Source: Burkholderiales bacterium (lineage in GTDB: Bacteria > Pseudomonadota > Gammaproteobacteria > Burkholderiales > Burkholderiaceae_C). From it: a DNA stretch of 64,000 nucleotides. The translations under genes and the position numbers were made by a program. Below, piece by piece: positions 20,399 through 29,238 of this stretch. The first letter of the stretch is position 1. Every line of letters starts with the position of its first letter. The notes beneath the pieces were generated by a model. That model was given only the letters and a program-made list of their open reading frames with translations. It was not told the origin of the DNA and searched no databases. Location: contig JADJDV010000001.1 of NCBI GenBank assembly GCA_016702555.1, positions 74,786 through 138,785 of the forward strand. The letters run 5' to 3'.

Positions 20399-20588
20399 GT
20401 GGCGAAGCCCGCGGGGTTCCAATCGGCGTGCCGATAGGTATTACTTGAGGATCATCATTGAAGATGATCTGCGCCACCTGTACGGCGGCAAGGTCCGCGT
20501 CAGCCTTGCTCATCTAGCGGGTGGTCTGACTCGAACGGGATGCAGTCAACTCAACTGCCGGGGGCGACCGACGCTGAAGGGGATGTGA
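20399..20588 (+). pseudogene. Frameshifted remnant resembling a DUF6538-type integrase N-terminal domain
   Basis: RBS-like AAGGAAGG, GTG-AKPAGF, then a shift into RRADRYYLRIIIEDDLRHLYGGKVRVSL. Resemblance judged by eye. Confidence 0.4.
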
Positions 20589-20744
20589 GCTACGCCATGT
20601 CTGGATTGCCAACGGACTGGAAGTTTGATGGGAGTACGCGCACACTGTCGGTGCCCACCACCTCGGCGTCTTGTCCGGTTGATGGCACAGAGAAGCGTGA
20701 GCGTCCAGTCAATCCATCTTGACGCGTACCCACTGCCGTGATCG

Positions 20745-21245
20745 TCACGCCGAGGTTTTGGCTCCCACGTCGGCGATGCACTCTGCGAGGTTGAGCGCAG
20801 CCATCAGCAGGTACTTCTCGGGGTCCGTTCGTGCACGCAGCAGGTCGTGCTTGCCGAGGTATCCATAGACGAATGCCAGCAAGTAGCGCTCGGGATGCTC
20901 GTCGCAGAACTGCTGAACCATCTGTTTGGCCAGATCGCCCGGCAACCCCTCGTTGAAGCGCGCCCGAGCCGTCAGCCGCTGCATGCATCTGTCCTGCACA
21001 TCCTCCGAGACGATCGGCCACACATGGCCGCTGCGCTTCATCGCCTGGAACGTCACCAGCAGGATGTGCAGCGGCACCTCCAGTTCTTCGAGGTCAACCC
21101 CCATGCGCGGCAGCACCAGGATCGAGGCCAGCAGATTGGGCCGCTGCGCGGCGATCTCGTCGGCCAGGCGTACCTTTTGAGCGTGATCCATGCCATTGAT
21201 GTCGATGGCCGCCTGCACCATCACCGCCTGCGTGATCACGCCCAT
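20745..21245 (-). CDS. Hypothetical passenger protein inside IS66, downstream of tnpC
   Basis: 166-aa intact ORF starting 2 nt after the tnpC stop and ending inside the right IR boundary. Confidence 0.7.
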   Translation of the reverse strand: MGVITQAVMVQAAIDINGMDHAQKVRLADEIAAQRPNLLASILVLPRMGVDLEELEVPLHILLVTFQAMKRSGHVWPIVSEDVQDRCMQRLTARARFNEGLPGDLAKQMVQQFCDEHPERYLLAFVYGYLGKHDLLRARTDPEKYLLMAALNLAECIADVGAKTSA

Positions 21246-21247
21246 CG

Positions 21248-22891
21248 TCAGCCTGGCCGCCAGCGATGCGGCAGCAACTCTTCAAGTCGATGATTCGGGT
21301 GCGCGTGGATGCGCGCGAGCACGTCACGCAGGTAGGCCCAAGGATCCAGGCCATTGAGCTTGGCCGACTGCACCAGACTCATCACCACCGCCGCGCGCTG
21401 CCCGGCCAACTCGCTGCCCACGAACAGCCAGTTCTTGGCGCCGAGCTTCCACGGCTTGATCTGCCGCTCGATCAGGTTGTTGTCGATGGCGACTGCGCCG
21501 TCATCCAGGTGCAGCGTCAGCGCCTTCCACGCGTTGACGCTGTAGTCAATCGCCTCGGCGATCTTGCTGCCATCCAGCACCTGCGCGCGCTGCAGCTTGA
21601 GCCAGACCTCGAATTCGTCCCACAGCGGCCGGCTCAGTTGCTGCCGGGCCTGCTTGCGGACGCCTTCCTCCATGCCGGCGAAGGCCGCCTCAGCCTGGTA
21701 GAGCCGCGCCCAGCGCTGCAGCGCCTCGGCGGCCACGCCACTGGCCCTGCTGCCCCCGCGGCTGAGCTCCTCGAAGCGCCTTCTGGCATGCGCGGCGCAC
21801 GCCGCCGACCTGCGCTGCGGGTAGAGCCTGGCATCCAGCACAGCGTTGTAGCCGGCGTACTGGTCGGTGATCAAGGTGCCATTCCAGGCCGGCTCGGGGT
21901 ATGGCGGCCCCTTGCCGCCAAGGAAGGCGACCGGGTACTGCGATCCCCGACCCGGGCAGAACTCGTAGACCACGCCAGGATGCGGATCGTGGTGGCTGCG
22001 CGCCCAGGCCCAGATGTAGGCCTTCTTGGTCTTGCCCGAGCCGGGCTCCAGTAGCGGCACCGGTGTCTCATCGGCGTGCAGCACGCGGCAGCCCAGGATG
22101 AAACGCCGTTGCGCCTCGTACAGCGGCTGCGGGGCGGCGCCGCCAGCGCCAGCCCAGGTAGCCAATGTGGAGCGCGGCGTATGCGCGCCCGAGCGGGCAT
22201 TGATGGGCTCTTGCCGGTAGTACGGCAGGTGGTCCACGAAGCGGCTGATCAGCGTATGCGCCACCAGTCCGCTGGCGGGGATGCCGCCAGCGACCACATC
22301 CGGCTCGGCCGGCTCCTGGCGGATTTGCTGGCAGCAGCAGCACGCCCATTTGCCGTAGATGTGGCGGTGCACGAAGAACCTGGCCGGGATGATGTCCAGC
22401 CGCTCGCTGACGTCCTCACCGATGCGCTGCATGGGCCGGCCGCACTCTGGGCTTGGGCAGGTGGTGTCCGCAGGTTCGTGGCGATGCTCCACGCGCTCCA
22501 GGTGCTCCGGAAGTGCCTGGCGGCGTGGACGACGTGGTGGTGCCTTCGGGACTTTGGGCGCCTGGGGAAGGTCGCGTTGCAACGCAGCCAGTTGCGCCTG
22601 CAGGCTGGCCTCGTCTTCTGCCAGCGCCTCCTGGAACAGGGCGCGCTGCTGGGCCGTCATGGCTTCGGTCCTGGCGCCGAACTTCCAGCGCTTCAGGCGC
22701 GCGAGTTCGAAGTTGACCTTCTCCAGCTTGGCGCGCGCCCAGGCGATCTCACGCGCCTGGGCCTGCACCTGCTGCTGCAGCCGCGTGATCAAGGCGGCCG
22801 CCTGCGCTGGCAGGTGCACCATGTCGATGCAGTCCGTTGCGGTGTCGCCGAGCATGCCCGGCATGCTGCACGAGTCAGGGGTGCTGTGCAT
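21248..22891 (-). CDS. tnpC: IS66 transposase TnpC
   Basis: Leucine zipper, zinc finger CPSPEC, VLHADETPV, CAAHARRRF, IDNNLIERQIKP. Start approximate. Confidence 0.93.
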   Translation of the reverse strand: MHSTPDSCSMPGMLGDTATDCIDMVHLPAQAAALITRLQQQVQAQAREIAWARAKLEKVNFELARLKRWKFGARTEAMTAQQRALFQEALAEDEASLQAQLAALQRDLPQAPKVPKAPPRRPRRQALPEHLERVEHRHEPADTTCPSPECGRPMQRIGEDVSERLDIIPARFFVHRHIYGKWACCCCQQIRQEPAEPDVVAGGIPASGLVAHTLISRFVDHLPYYRQEPINARSGAHTPRSTLATWAGAGGAAPQPLYEAQRRFILGCRVLHADETPVPLLEPGSGKTKKAYIWAWARSHHDPHPGVVYEFCPGRGSQYPVAFLGGKGPPYPEPAWNGTLITDQYAGYNAVLDARLYPQRRSAACAAHARRRFEELSRGGSRASGVAAEALQRWARLYQAEAAFAGMEEGVRKQARQQLSRPLWDEFEVWLKLQRAQVLDGSKIAEAIDYSVNAWKALTLHLDDGAVAIDNNLIERQIKPWKLGAKNWLFVGSELAGQRAAVVMSLVQSAKLNGLDPWAYLRDVLARIHAHPNHRLEELLPHRWRPG

Positions 22892-23138
22892 CGGCAGATA
22901 CGATGTCAACGCGCTGGCCACGGCGGCCCATGCCCGCTTTAGCAGCGGCTGATGACGCTGAGTTCGCCCAGGCGCTGCCAGGGTAGGCCCAGCGCCAGAG
23001 CGCCGAACTGCTGGGCCGTGAGTTGCAGCGCTGGCATCGCGGAGCCAACTGAATCGCGCTCGATCCAGACGAAGCGCCCGGCGTGCAAGCGGCGCGTGGC
23101 GCACCACACGCCGAAGCCGTCGTGCACCAGCAGCTTAA

Positions 23139-24768
23139 CCCGGATATTTCACGCCTACCCCCGACGCTCCCCTCAATGGGTTCGCAACGGCGTGGATAGA
23201 GTGAGCAAGGCCCCGATGGTGGCCGCAGGCAGGGCTGGAGTCGTGCGCAGGCGCCATGCGCTCGCACCCCCCCCACCCCGACTTGGGTTGCGGGCCATTC
23301 TTGTGTCATCACGCCGGCCAGGCGCTGCTTGCCGATCACGGAGAGCGCAACTGGCCCATGGCGTGCGCGAAGATCGGCGCACTGGGCCAGTGCGAGGCCA
23401 GGTACAGGCGGATGCGCCGCGTGTTGCGCGTGACCACCGCAGCCACCTTCAGCAGCTTGATGCGCAAGGTATCGGCCTGCGCCGTTGCCAACTCGGTGCC
23501 TTGCAAAGCCAGCGCCCGCAGCCGCTCAATCAGCACGTAGCCCAGCGCAGCCAGCAACATGCGCAACTGGTTGGAGCGCAGTACATGGCAGCTCGTGCGC
23601 GTGGCAAACAGCCCGATCTGCGCCTCCTTGATCCGGTTCTCCGCCTCACCGCGCTGGCAGTACACATCGTCATACAGCACCTGCGGTTCACCCTCCAGGT
23701 TGGTCACGATGAAGCGCGGGTTGCCGCCTTGCGCACCCCATTCGAGGCGTGTGATCACGCGCCGCTCGTGCGCCCAGCTCTTGGCGGCATAGCTGAACTC
23801 GTCCACCAGGCGCTGTTTGACCCCGGTGCGCTCGTAATCGTCCTTCATCCAGAGTTCGGCCAGTTTCACCTGGGCCTGAAGCCGAGCATTGCGCGCAAGC
23901 CCGATGATGTAGTGCACTCCAGCGCGCTCGCACCAGTTGATGATGCGCTGTCGGCAGAACCCCGAATCTGCCCGGAACACGATGCGCACCTGGGGCCATT
24001 GTTGGCGCAACCGGCGCACCAACAGCTTCAGAATGGCCGCTGCGTGGCGCGCCCCATCGATGTTGCTGGGCCGCAGGTAGGCGCACAGCAGTTGCTGGCC
24101 GCAGAACACGTACAGAGGAAGATAGCAGTAGCTGTCGTAGTAGCCGTGGAAGAAGCGAGCCTCCTGCTGACCGTGCAAGGGGTTGTCGGTGGCATCGAAA
24201 TCGAGCATCAGTTCTGCGGGAGCGCTCTCGAAGCTGGCGATGAATTGATCGAGCAGCACCTCATGCAGCCGCCAGGCGGTGGCCCGGTCGGCCCACTTCT
24301 CCAGTCGGCATAGGGTGGGCGCGCTGGCCACTTCACGATCGACGCCGACTGCCGTTTGCAAGGCCACGTCCAGGCGCAGCGCGCCATGGTCGTTGAGGTC
24401 TTCCCAGCCCAGCGCCAGCCCGTACACGCGCTGGCGCAGCATGTCGCGCACGCCGTGCTTGATCAACAGCGGGCTGCGCGGGTCGGCGATGCAGCGCGCT
24501 GCCGCATCCATCAATCCCAGCTTGCGGTCCACCTGGGCGAGCAGCATCACGCCGCCATCGCTGGTCATGCTGCCGCCGTCGAACCGGCCCTCGATCACGC
24601 GCCGGCCCAACTGCCCGAAGTCGATTACGCCAACATCAAGCTCCTTTTGCGCTGTACAGTTTGGCTTCGGCATTGCCCGCCCTTTCATCAAGATTCGACA
24701 CCTCGATGTTCGGGCAATTCAAGGGCAATGCCGTCCTCGTTTCTACGGGCTATGGTGAAATATCCGGG
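23139..24768 (-). mobile_element. IS1380-family element
   Basis: 14-bp IRs CCCGGATATTTCAC; TTAA TSD at 23135-23138 and 24769-24772; 1630 bp. Confidence 0.95.
23336..24673 (-). CDS. IS1380-family DDE transposase
   Basis: FDGGSMTSDGG, LDFDATD, HGQQEARFFHGYYDSYCYLPL, RADSGF, YCQRGEAENRIKE. Confidence 0.95.
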   Translation of the reverse strand: MPKPNCTAQKELDVGVIDFGQLGRRVIEGRFDGGSMTSDGGVMLLAQVDRKLGLMDAAARCIADPRSPLLIKHGVRDMLRQRVYGLALGWEDLNDHGALRLDVALQTAVGVDREVASAPTLCRLEKWADRATAWRLHEVLLDQFIASFESAPAELMLDFDATDNPLHGQQEARFFHGYYDSYCYLPLYVFCGQQLLCAYLRPSNIDGARHAAAILKLLVRRLRQQWPQVRIVFRADSGFCRQRIINWCERAGVHYIIGLARNARLQAQVKLAELWMKDDYERTGVKQRLVDEFSYAAKSWAHERRVITRLEWGAQGGNPRFIVTNLEGEPQVLYDDVYCQRGEAENRIKEAQIGLFATRTSCHVLRSNQLRMLLAALGYVLIERLRALALQGTELATAQADTLRIKLLKVAAVVTRNTRRIRLYLASHWPSAPIFAHAMGQLRSP

Positions 24769-24931
24769 TTAATGCGCGTGGCCCGCGCGTTGGCAAAGAG
24801 ATAGCCGTGGTGGGCTTGCGCCTGGCCGATGGTGTTGATGACGACATTGAGTAGGCGGTCGGCACCGGCGCGCATGTCTTGCGGCTGGGTGCACAGCCAT
24901 AGAGTGTCGATGCGGATCACCAGAGTAGTCC

Positions 24932-25326
24932 TCAGACGACAGCCATCGTGCCGGCCAGCGCGCGCAGCAGGGCCGCGTACTGCGGCGCCGCACTTGCTGC
25001 GCACTGCAACTTCAGCCGCAATCCGCCGCGTTCGAGTTCGATGCGGATGTCGGGCGGCGATGGCGGAAGGTTGGCGAGGCGGTGTTCGGACTTGGTCAAC
25101 TCGACCGGTACGAACTGCAGGGGCGCCACGCGCTGCGTAGGCGCTGGCACCTCTGCAGCCATGCGCTTGAGGTTCTGTCCGGCCAGCCATTTGCGCACGA
25201 CGTTGGGGTTCAGGCCGTGGCCAGTGGCCACGGCAGCTACCGAGGCATCAGGCTGCCGGCACTCATCAGGACTTGCGCCTTGAACTCGGAGGTGTGAACG
25301 CGGCGTTTGGAGCGATTGGGATTCAT
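24932..25326 (-). pseudogene. tnpA: IS66 TnpA (HTH), frameshifted
   Basis: MNPNRSKRRVHTSEFKAQVL is in one frame and DECRQPDASVAAVATGHGLNPNVVRKW in another; one base missing at GTCCTG^ATGAG. Confidence 0.8.
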
Positions 25327-27136
25327 GGGTGTCCACCAAAATTAGGTGGACACCATCCTCAGGAGCTCAACAACGCGGCGCAAGATGGGACGGCTGGACG
25401 CTCACAGAGAAGCAGCTGACATTCCAGTACCTTATCGGTGACCAGTGCACGGCGCCCAAGGCAATCGAAGTGACATGCAAGAACAGTGACGGTTTACCTG
25501 TGTGACTTCCTGCTCGTCGGCTGGATGGCGTTGGTTGGGCGAGTGGGGGCGCGGCGGCTGTCAGTCTGGAGGTCTTCGGCGCCGTCTTGCGATGACCCCA
25601 ACGCCATCTCATGGGTGGAAACTTCGCGCCGCGCTCCACTCGATTGCCCAGAGGCAGCCGGGCGTGACTTCGAGGGTGACGCCGCCGGGGCTCGTGGCGG
25701 CGCAGCGTTGAAGCTGGCTTGCATTCCGTGTTCTTGATGATGCATGCCGAAGGTGGCATGAGCGGAAGGCTGGACGCTGACCGTGCGGCCGCCAAGCCAT
25801 GGCCTTACATGCCATCGGCGCTCACACTGTGGCACGGGCAGGTATCCCGTGAGCGCAAACCCGATTCGCAAGTTGTTGATTTAATTCAATTTTTCTCTTG
25901 GTCGGGGGACGGCAAGCTTGGTCATCCGATTCAACACGCAGGCGTCGGAGCCGCCGCAGGCGATGCCGATGAAAATCACCGTCGCAAGCGCCCTGCCCCC
26001 AATCCCGCCGCCAGCAATCCCATCAGCATGAGTGCCCACTCGGACAGCGCGGGCACCGGAGTCGCCGGGGCCGGCTTGCGGGTATTGGTGAAGCTGCACT
26101 GGACGTCGCTGTCCGGCATGGTGAAGCTGCCTTCGGTGGTGCCGGTGACACCGTCGACGCCGGTGCAGGTCAGCTTGGAGGTGTAGTCGTCCAGGCTGGT
26201 GCCTTCGTCGGCCAGTTCAGCCACCGTCACCTGGGTACCGGCGTCGACGGGGACAGCCGCCGTGCTGCCGCCGTGGCCGAGGTTGGCGGTGGCGTGGTCA
26301 TTGATCTTCAGGGTGAACCGGCCCTGGGCCTTCGTGGGCGCCAGCATCTTGGTGACGGTGACGGTGGGCGTGTAGCAGTAGGCGTCGAAGGCCGCGGCAA
26401 TGCCCTGGTAGTTGGCATCCTGATTGGGCCCCCGCGTACTGTGCACCACCAGGCTGATGAAATTGAGGCCCTGCACGAAGCCCTTCAGCTCGACGACAGC
26501 CGGCTCGGTACCCACGCTGGAGGTGTCGCGCGTGACCGGCGTCGCCAGCAGATTGTTCTTCTTGAGCAGGTCGTTGAGATACACCGCCACCAGGGCGTCG
26601 TCGGCGCGGTAGGTGATCCGCAGGCGCATCTTGGCGGCGTCTTCGGCGGTCGGAATGTACCAGCCGCCGAAATAGATCGACGCCAGGGTCTCCGGGCCCC
26701 GCTCCGGCGGATCGCCGTCGAGCATGGGAAAAATCCATTGCGATCCGGCGGGCGCGTCGGCCCAGATGCGTTTGTCGTCGTCACTCGTCCATGCCGATGG
26801 GGCCAGCGGCGCCGCATCACCTTCTATAACAAACTCCCAGAAAGGCCACAGGCCTCTTGCGGCGTTCTCCGGGTTGCTGGCGTAATCGTCGATGAAGTTC
26901 AGCTTGGCGAACTGGTTCGACATGTTCAACGAAGGGTGGTTGCCGGAATTCATCTGGGCGGCGCTCGCGGATGCGTCGCGACAGGTGAGCGCCAAGCCGC
27001 CGCTGAGATGCAGCGGCTCCTCCAATTCGATATCGCCCAGGAACATCAAGGCGATGGCCGCATCGCCGAAGATCGCCGTCGTGCCGCCCTGCGCCCAGGC
27101 GCCCGTCGGCGTCAGCAGGGTGAATCCGAGCGCGAC

Positions 27137-28396
27137 TGACCTGCCCCCATCCGCCATGCCAATGATTTGGTAGGAGTCCTGGGTTTGAAGATTACTGGAT
27201 CTCGTTGCTTGTAGTGGTGGGATGCCGAGGAGCATCGCCGGCATGCCGGCGATGCTCCTCGGCAAAGCGCGCGGGTGGCATCCGTCCGATGCTGCCGTGG
27301 GGCCTGACCTCGTTGTAATCGCGACGCCAGGCGGCAATGATGTTGCGCGCCTGGTGCAATGTCTCGAACCAGTGCTCGTTCAGGCACTCGTCACGAAACC
27401 GCCCGTTGAAACTCTCGATGTAGCCGTTCTGCATCGGCCGCCCTGGTTCGATCAGGATGTGTCTGATGCCATGGCCCTGTGCCCAGGCAATGAATGCCCT
27501 GCTGGTGAATTCCGGACCGTTGTCTGTCCGAACGGCCGACGGATAGCCGCGGAACAGGGCCGCTTGGTCAAGCAGCCGCGTCACGTACTGACCGCTGATG
27601 CCGTAGTCCACCGCGATGTCCACGGCCTCATGGCTGAAGTCGTCGGCCACGGTCAGGCACTTCAGGCGCCTGCCGTTGGCCAAACTGTCGCTGACGAAAT
27701 CCATGCTCCACACCTCGTTGACCCTGGTGGCAATGTTCAGCCCCATGCGCTCGGCTGGCGGCCTGCGAGCCTTCTTGCGCTTGCGCACAGCCAGGTTGGC
27801 GTCGCTGTACAGCCGGTACACCCGCTTGTGATTGACGCCGGGGAACTCCAGGCGCAACAGGTCGTGCACGCGTCGATATCCGAAGCGCCGGCGCGCGTAG
27901 GCGATCTCAACGATCTTCGACTTCAGCGCCTCGGTCTGCGCGCTGGCCTCCAGTGCGTTGCGATAGCTGTCTCGACTCAGCCCCACAAGCCTGCAGGCTC
28001 GCCGCTCGGACATCTGATGCTGATTGATCAACTGGCCGATGGCTTCCCGCTTGACCTGTGGGGCTAGCGCTTTACCGAGAACGCTCTTGAGCGCATGCAT
28101 GTCCAGATGCGCCTCGGCCAGCAGGCTCTTGAGCTTGGCGTTTTCCGCCTCCAGCTCGCGCAGCCGCCTCGCGTCCGACACCTCCATGCCGCCGAACTTG
28201 GCGCGCCACTTGTAGAACGTCGCGTCTGAAAAACCGCCCTTGCGGCAGATCTCCGCCACGGCCATGCCGGCCTCCGCCTGCTTGAGGAACCCGATGATCT
28301 GTTCCTCCGTGAACTTGCTCTTCCTCATGTCCGCCATTCTCCTGGTTGGCGGACTCCTGCTACTTCAGATTGGTACGGCTAGAGGGGAGCAGGTCA
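27137..28396 (-). mobile_element. IS3-family element (IS407-group-like)
   Basis: TG...CA ends, IRs TGACCTGCCCCC / TGACCTGCTCCCC; 4-bp TSD CGAC at 27133-27136 and 28397-28400; 1260 bp. Confidence 0.95.
27192..28328 (-). CDS. IS3 transposase, OrfA and OrfB fused in one frame
   Basis: MRKSKFTEEQII HTH plus WSMDF, TDNGPEF, QNGYIESFNGRFRDECLN. Confidence 0.92.
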   Translation of the reverse strand: MRKSKFTEEQIIGFLKQAEAGMAVAEICRKGGFSDATFYKWRAKFGGMEVSDARRLRELEAENAKLKSLLAEAHLDMHALKSVLGKALAPQVKREAIGQLINQHQMSERRACRLVGLSRDSYRNALEASAQTEALKSKIVEIAYARRRFGYRRVHDLLRLEFPGVNHKRVYRLYSDANLAVRKRKKARRPPAERMGLNIATRVNEVWSMDFVSDSLANGRRLKCLTVADDFSHEAVDIAVDYGISGQYVTRLLDQAALFRGYPSAVRTDNGPEFTSRAFIAWAQGHGIRHILIEPGRPMQNGYIESFNGRFRDECLNEHWFETLHQARNIIAAWRRDYNEVRPHGSIGRMPPARFAEEHRRHAGDAPRHPTTTSNEIQ

Positions 28397-28607
28397 CGAC
28401 GACTGTCAGCAGCTTCTTGAAGGCAAGCGACGCTCGGGGTGAGCGCATGGCGATCTCCTGTTGGTTCTCGGTACTTTGATCGGGCATTCTCGGACGGCAC
28501 CGATGAGAAAGCCAGACCTGTCGGAACAAATAGCGCGAAAACACAAAATACGTCACGGTCGGCTCGGCATGAGGAGCCCATTCATGCCCCCTCGCCACGC
28601 CCCCGCT

Positions 28608-28877
28608 TCAGCGACGCGGGTCGGATCCCGCCTGCGGCTGGCGCCGATTCAGCTCGAACGGCGACATGCTGAGCACCGACGTGAGCGCGCTGGAGACCAT
28701 CATCATGAACCAGAAGATGAAGAAAGTGACGGTGTAGACGGCCGCGCGCGACCAGCCCACGGTTTCGCCGAACAGGGTCAGCGACTCCGGGTCGAGCACG
28801 GCGAACACCATCATCTCCAGCACGGCGGCGACCAGAAACGCCGGCCAGGCAATCCACATCAGTCGCTCACGCAGCAT
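28608..28877 (-). CDS. Small membrane protein at end of cco cluster
   Basis: MLRERLMWIAWPAFLVAAVLEMMVFAVLDP, 2 TM; directly downstream of fixH. Confidence 0.75.
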   Translation of the reverse strand: MLRERLMWIAWPAFLVAAVLEMMVFAVLDPESLTLFGETVGWSRAAVYTVTFFIFWFMMMVSSALTSVLSMSPFELNRRQPQAGSDPRR

Positions 28878-28904
28878 GGGGTTCTCTTGTCAGGACGAAA
28901 AATC

Positions 28905-29231
28905 TCATCGCGCGGGGCCGGGTGGTGCGGAGGCGGGCGCCGGCTTGACCACGCCGCCGGTCGCGGCGTGGTTGCGCGCCTGCATGGCCGGCGCCAGCCC
29001 GGATGGGCTGGCCGATGACTGAGCTGCCGCGTCGGCGGGCGGCAGCGAGGCCTGGGGGGAGCGGGGCGCATCGGAATACACCGGGTCGGGGTGGGTGATG
29101 GCCAGATAGAGGGTGACGAAGGACGCCAGCACCACGGCCGCCGGGCCGCCGACCACCAGCCACATCAGGCGATGCTTCCACCACGGCCCGGAATGGGATG
29201 ACGCGGAGGTGGGAGAGAACGACGCACTCAT
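28905..29231 (-). CDS. ccoH: FixH/CcoH-family protein (short form)
   Basis: PWWKHRLMWLVVGGPAAVVLASFVTLYLAITHPDPV; follows ccoG. Confidence 0.8.
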   Translation of the reverse strand: MSASFSPTSASSHSGPWWKHRLMWLVVGGPAAVVLASFVTLYLAITHPDPVYSDAPRSPQASLPPADAAAQSSASPSGLAPAMQARNHAATGGVVKPAPASAPPGPAR

Positions 29232-29238
29232 GCTTAGC

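Larger units (their letters stand above)
22939..24920 (-). pseudogene. tnpB: IS66 TnpB accessory protein, interrupted by IS1380
   Basis: VIRIDTLWLCTQPQDMRAG...ANARATRI | KLLVHDGFGVW...RRLHAGRF rejoins in frame across the TTAA target. Confidence 0.9.
20697..25405 (-). mobile_element. IS66-family element with nested IS1380
   Basis: Terminal IRs GTGAGCGTCCAGTCAATCCATCTTG / GTGAGCGTCCAGCCGTCCCATCTTG; 8-bp TSD AGAGAAGC at 20689-20696 and 25406-25413. Confidence 0.95.
20540..25505 (+). pseudogene. Ig-like (putative Ig/He_PIG-like) ORF fragment split by IS66
   Basis: Removing IS66 and one TSD rejoins ...SYAMSGLPTDWKFDGSTRTLSVPTT...DGTEK|QLTFQYLIGDQCTAPKAIEVTCKNSDGLPV* in frame (82 aa). Confidence 0.5.
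25976..28448 (-). pseudogene. IPTL-CTERM surface protein (beta-sandwich plus prealbumin/SpaA-like domain), split by IS3
   Basis: Removing the IS gives AGGAG RBS + MRSPRASLAFKKLLTVV|ALGFTLLTPTGAWA-QGG (402 aa). C-terminus PVPALSEWALMLMGLLAAGLGAGRLRR. Confidence 0.85.

Noticed and set aside
25486-25871. Short ORFs between IS66 and the IPTL-CTERM gene
   Set aside because: Overlapping ORFs on both strands with no motifs or RBS; likely degraded non-coding DNA.
27158-27337. N-terminal extension of the 453-aa ORF (MPPGVAITT...)
   Set aside because: Lies inside the IS3 and overlaps the transposase 3' end in another frame; the native start is 28448.
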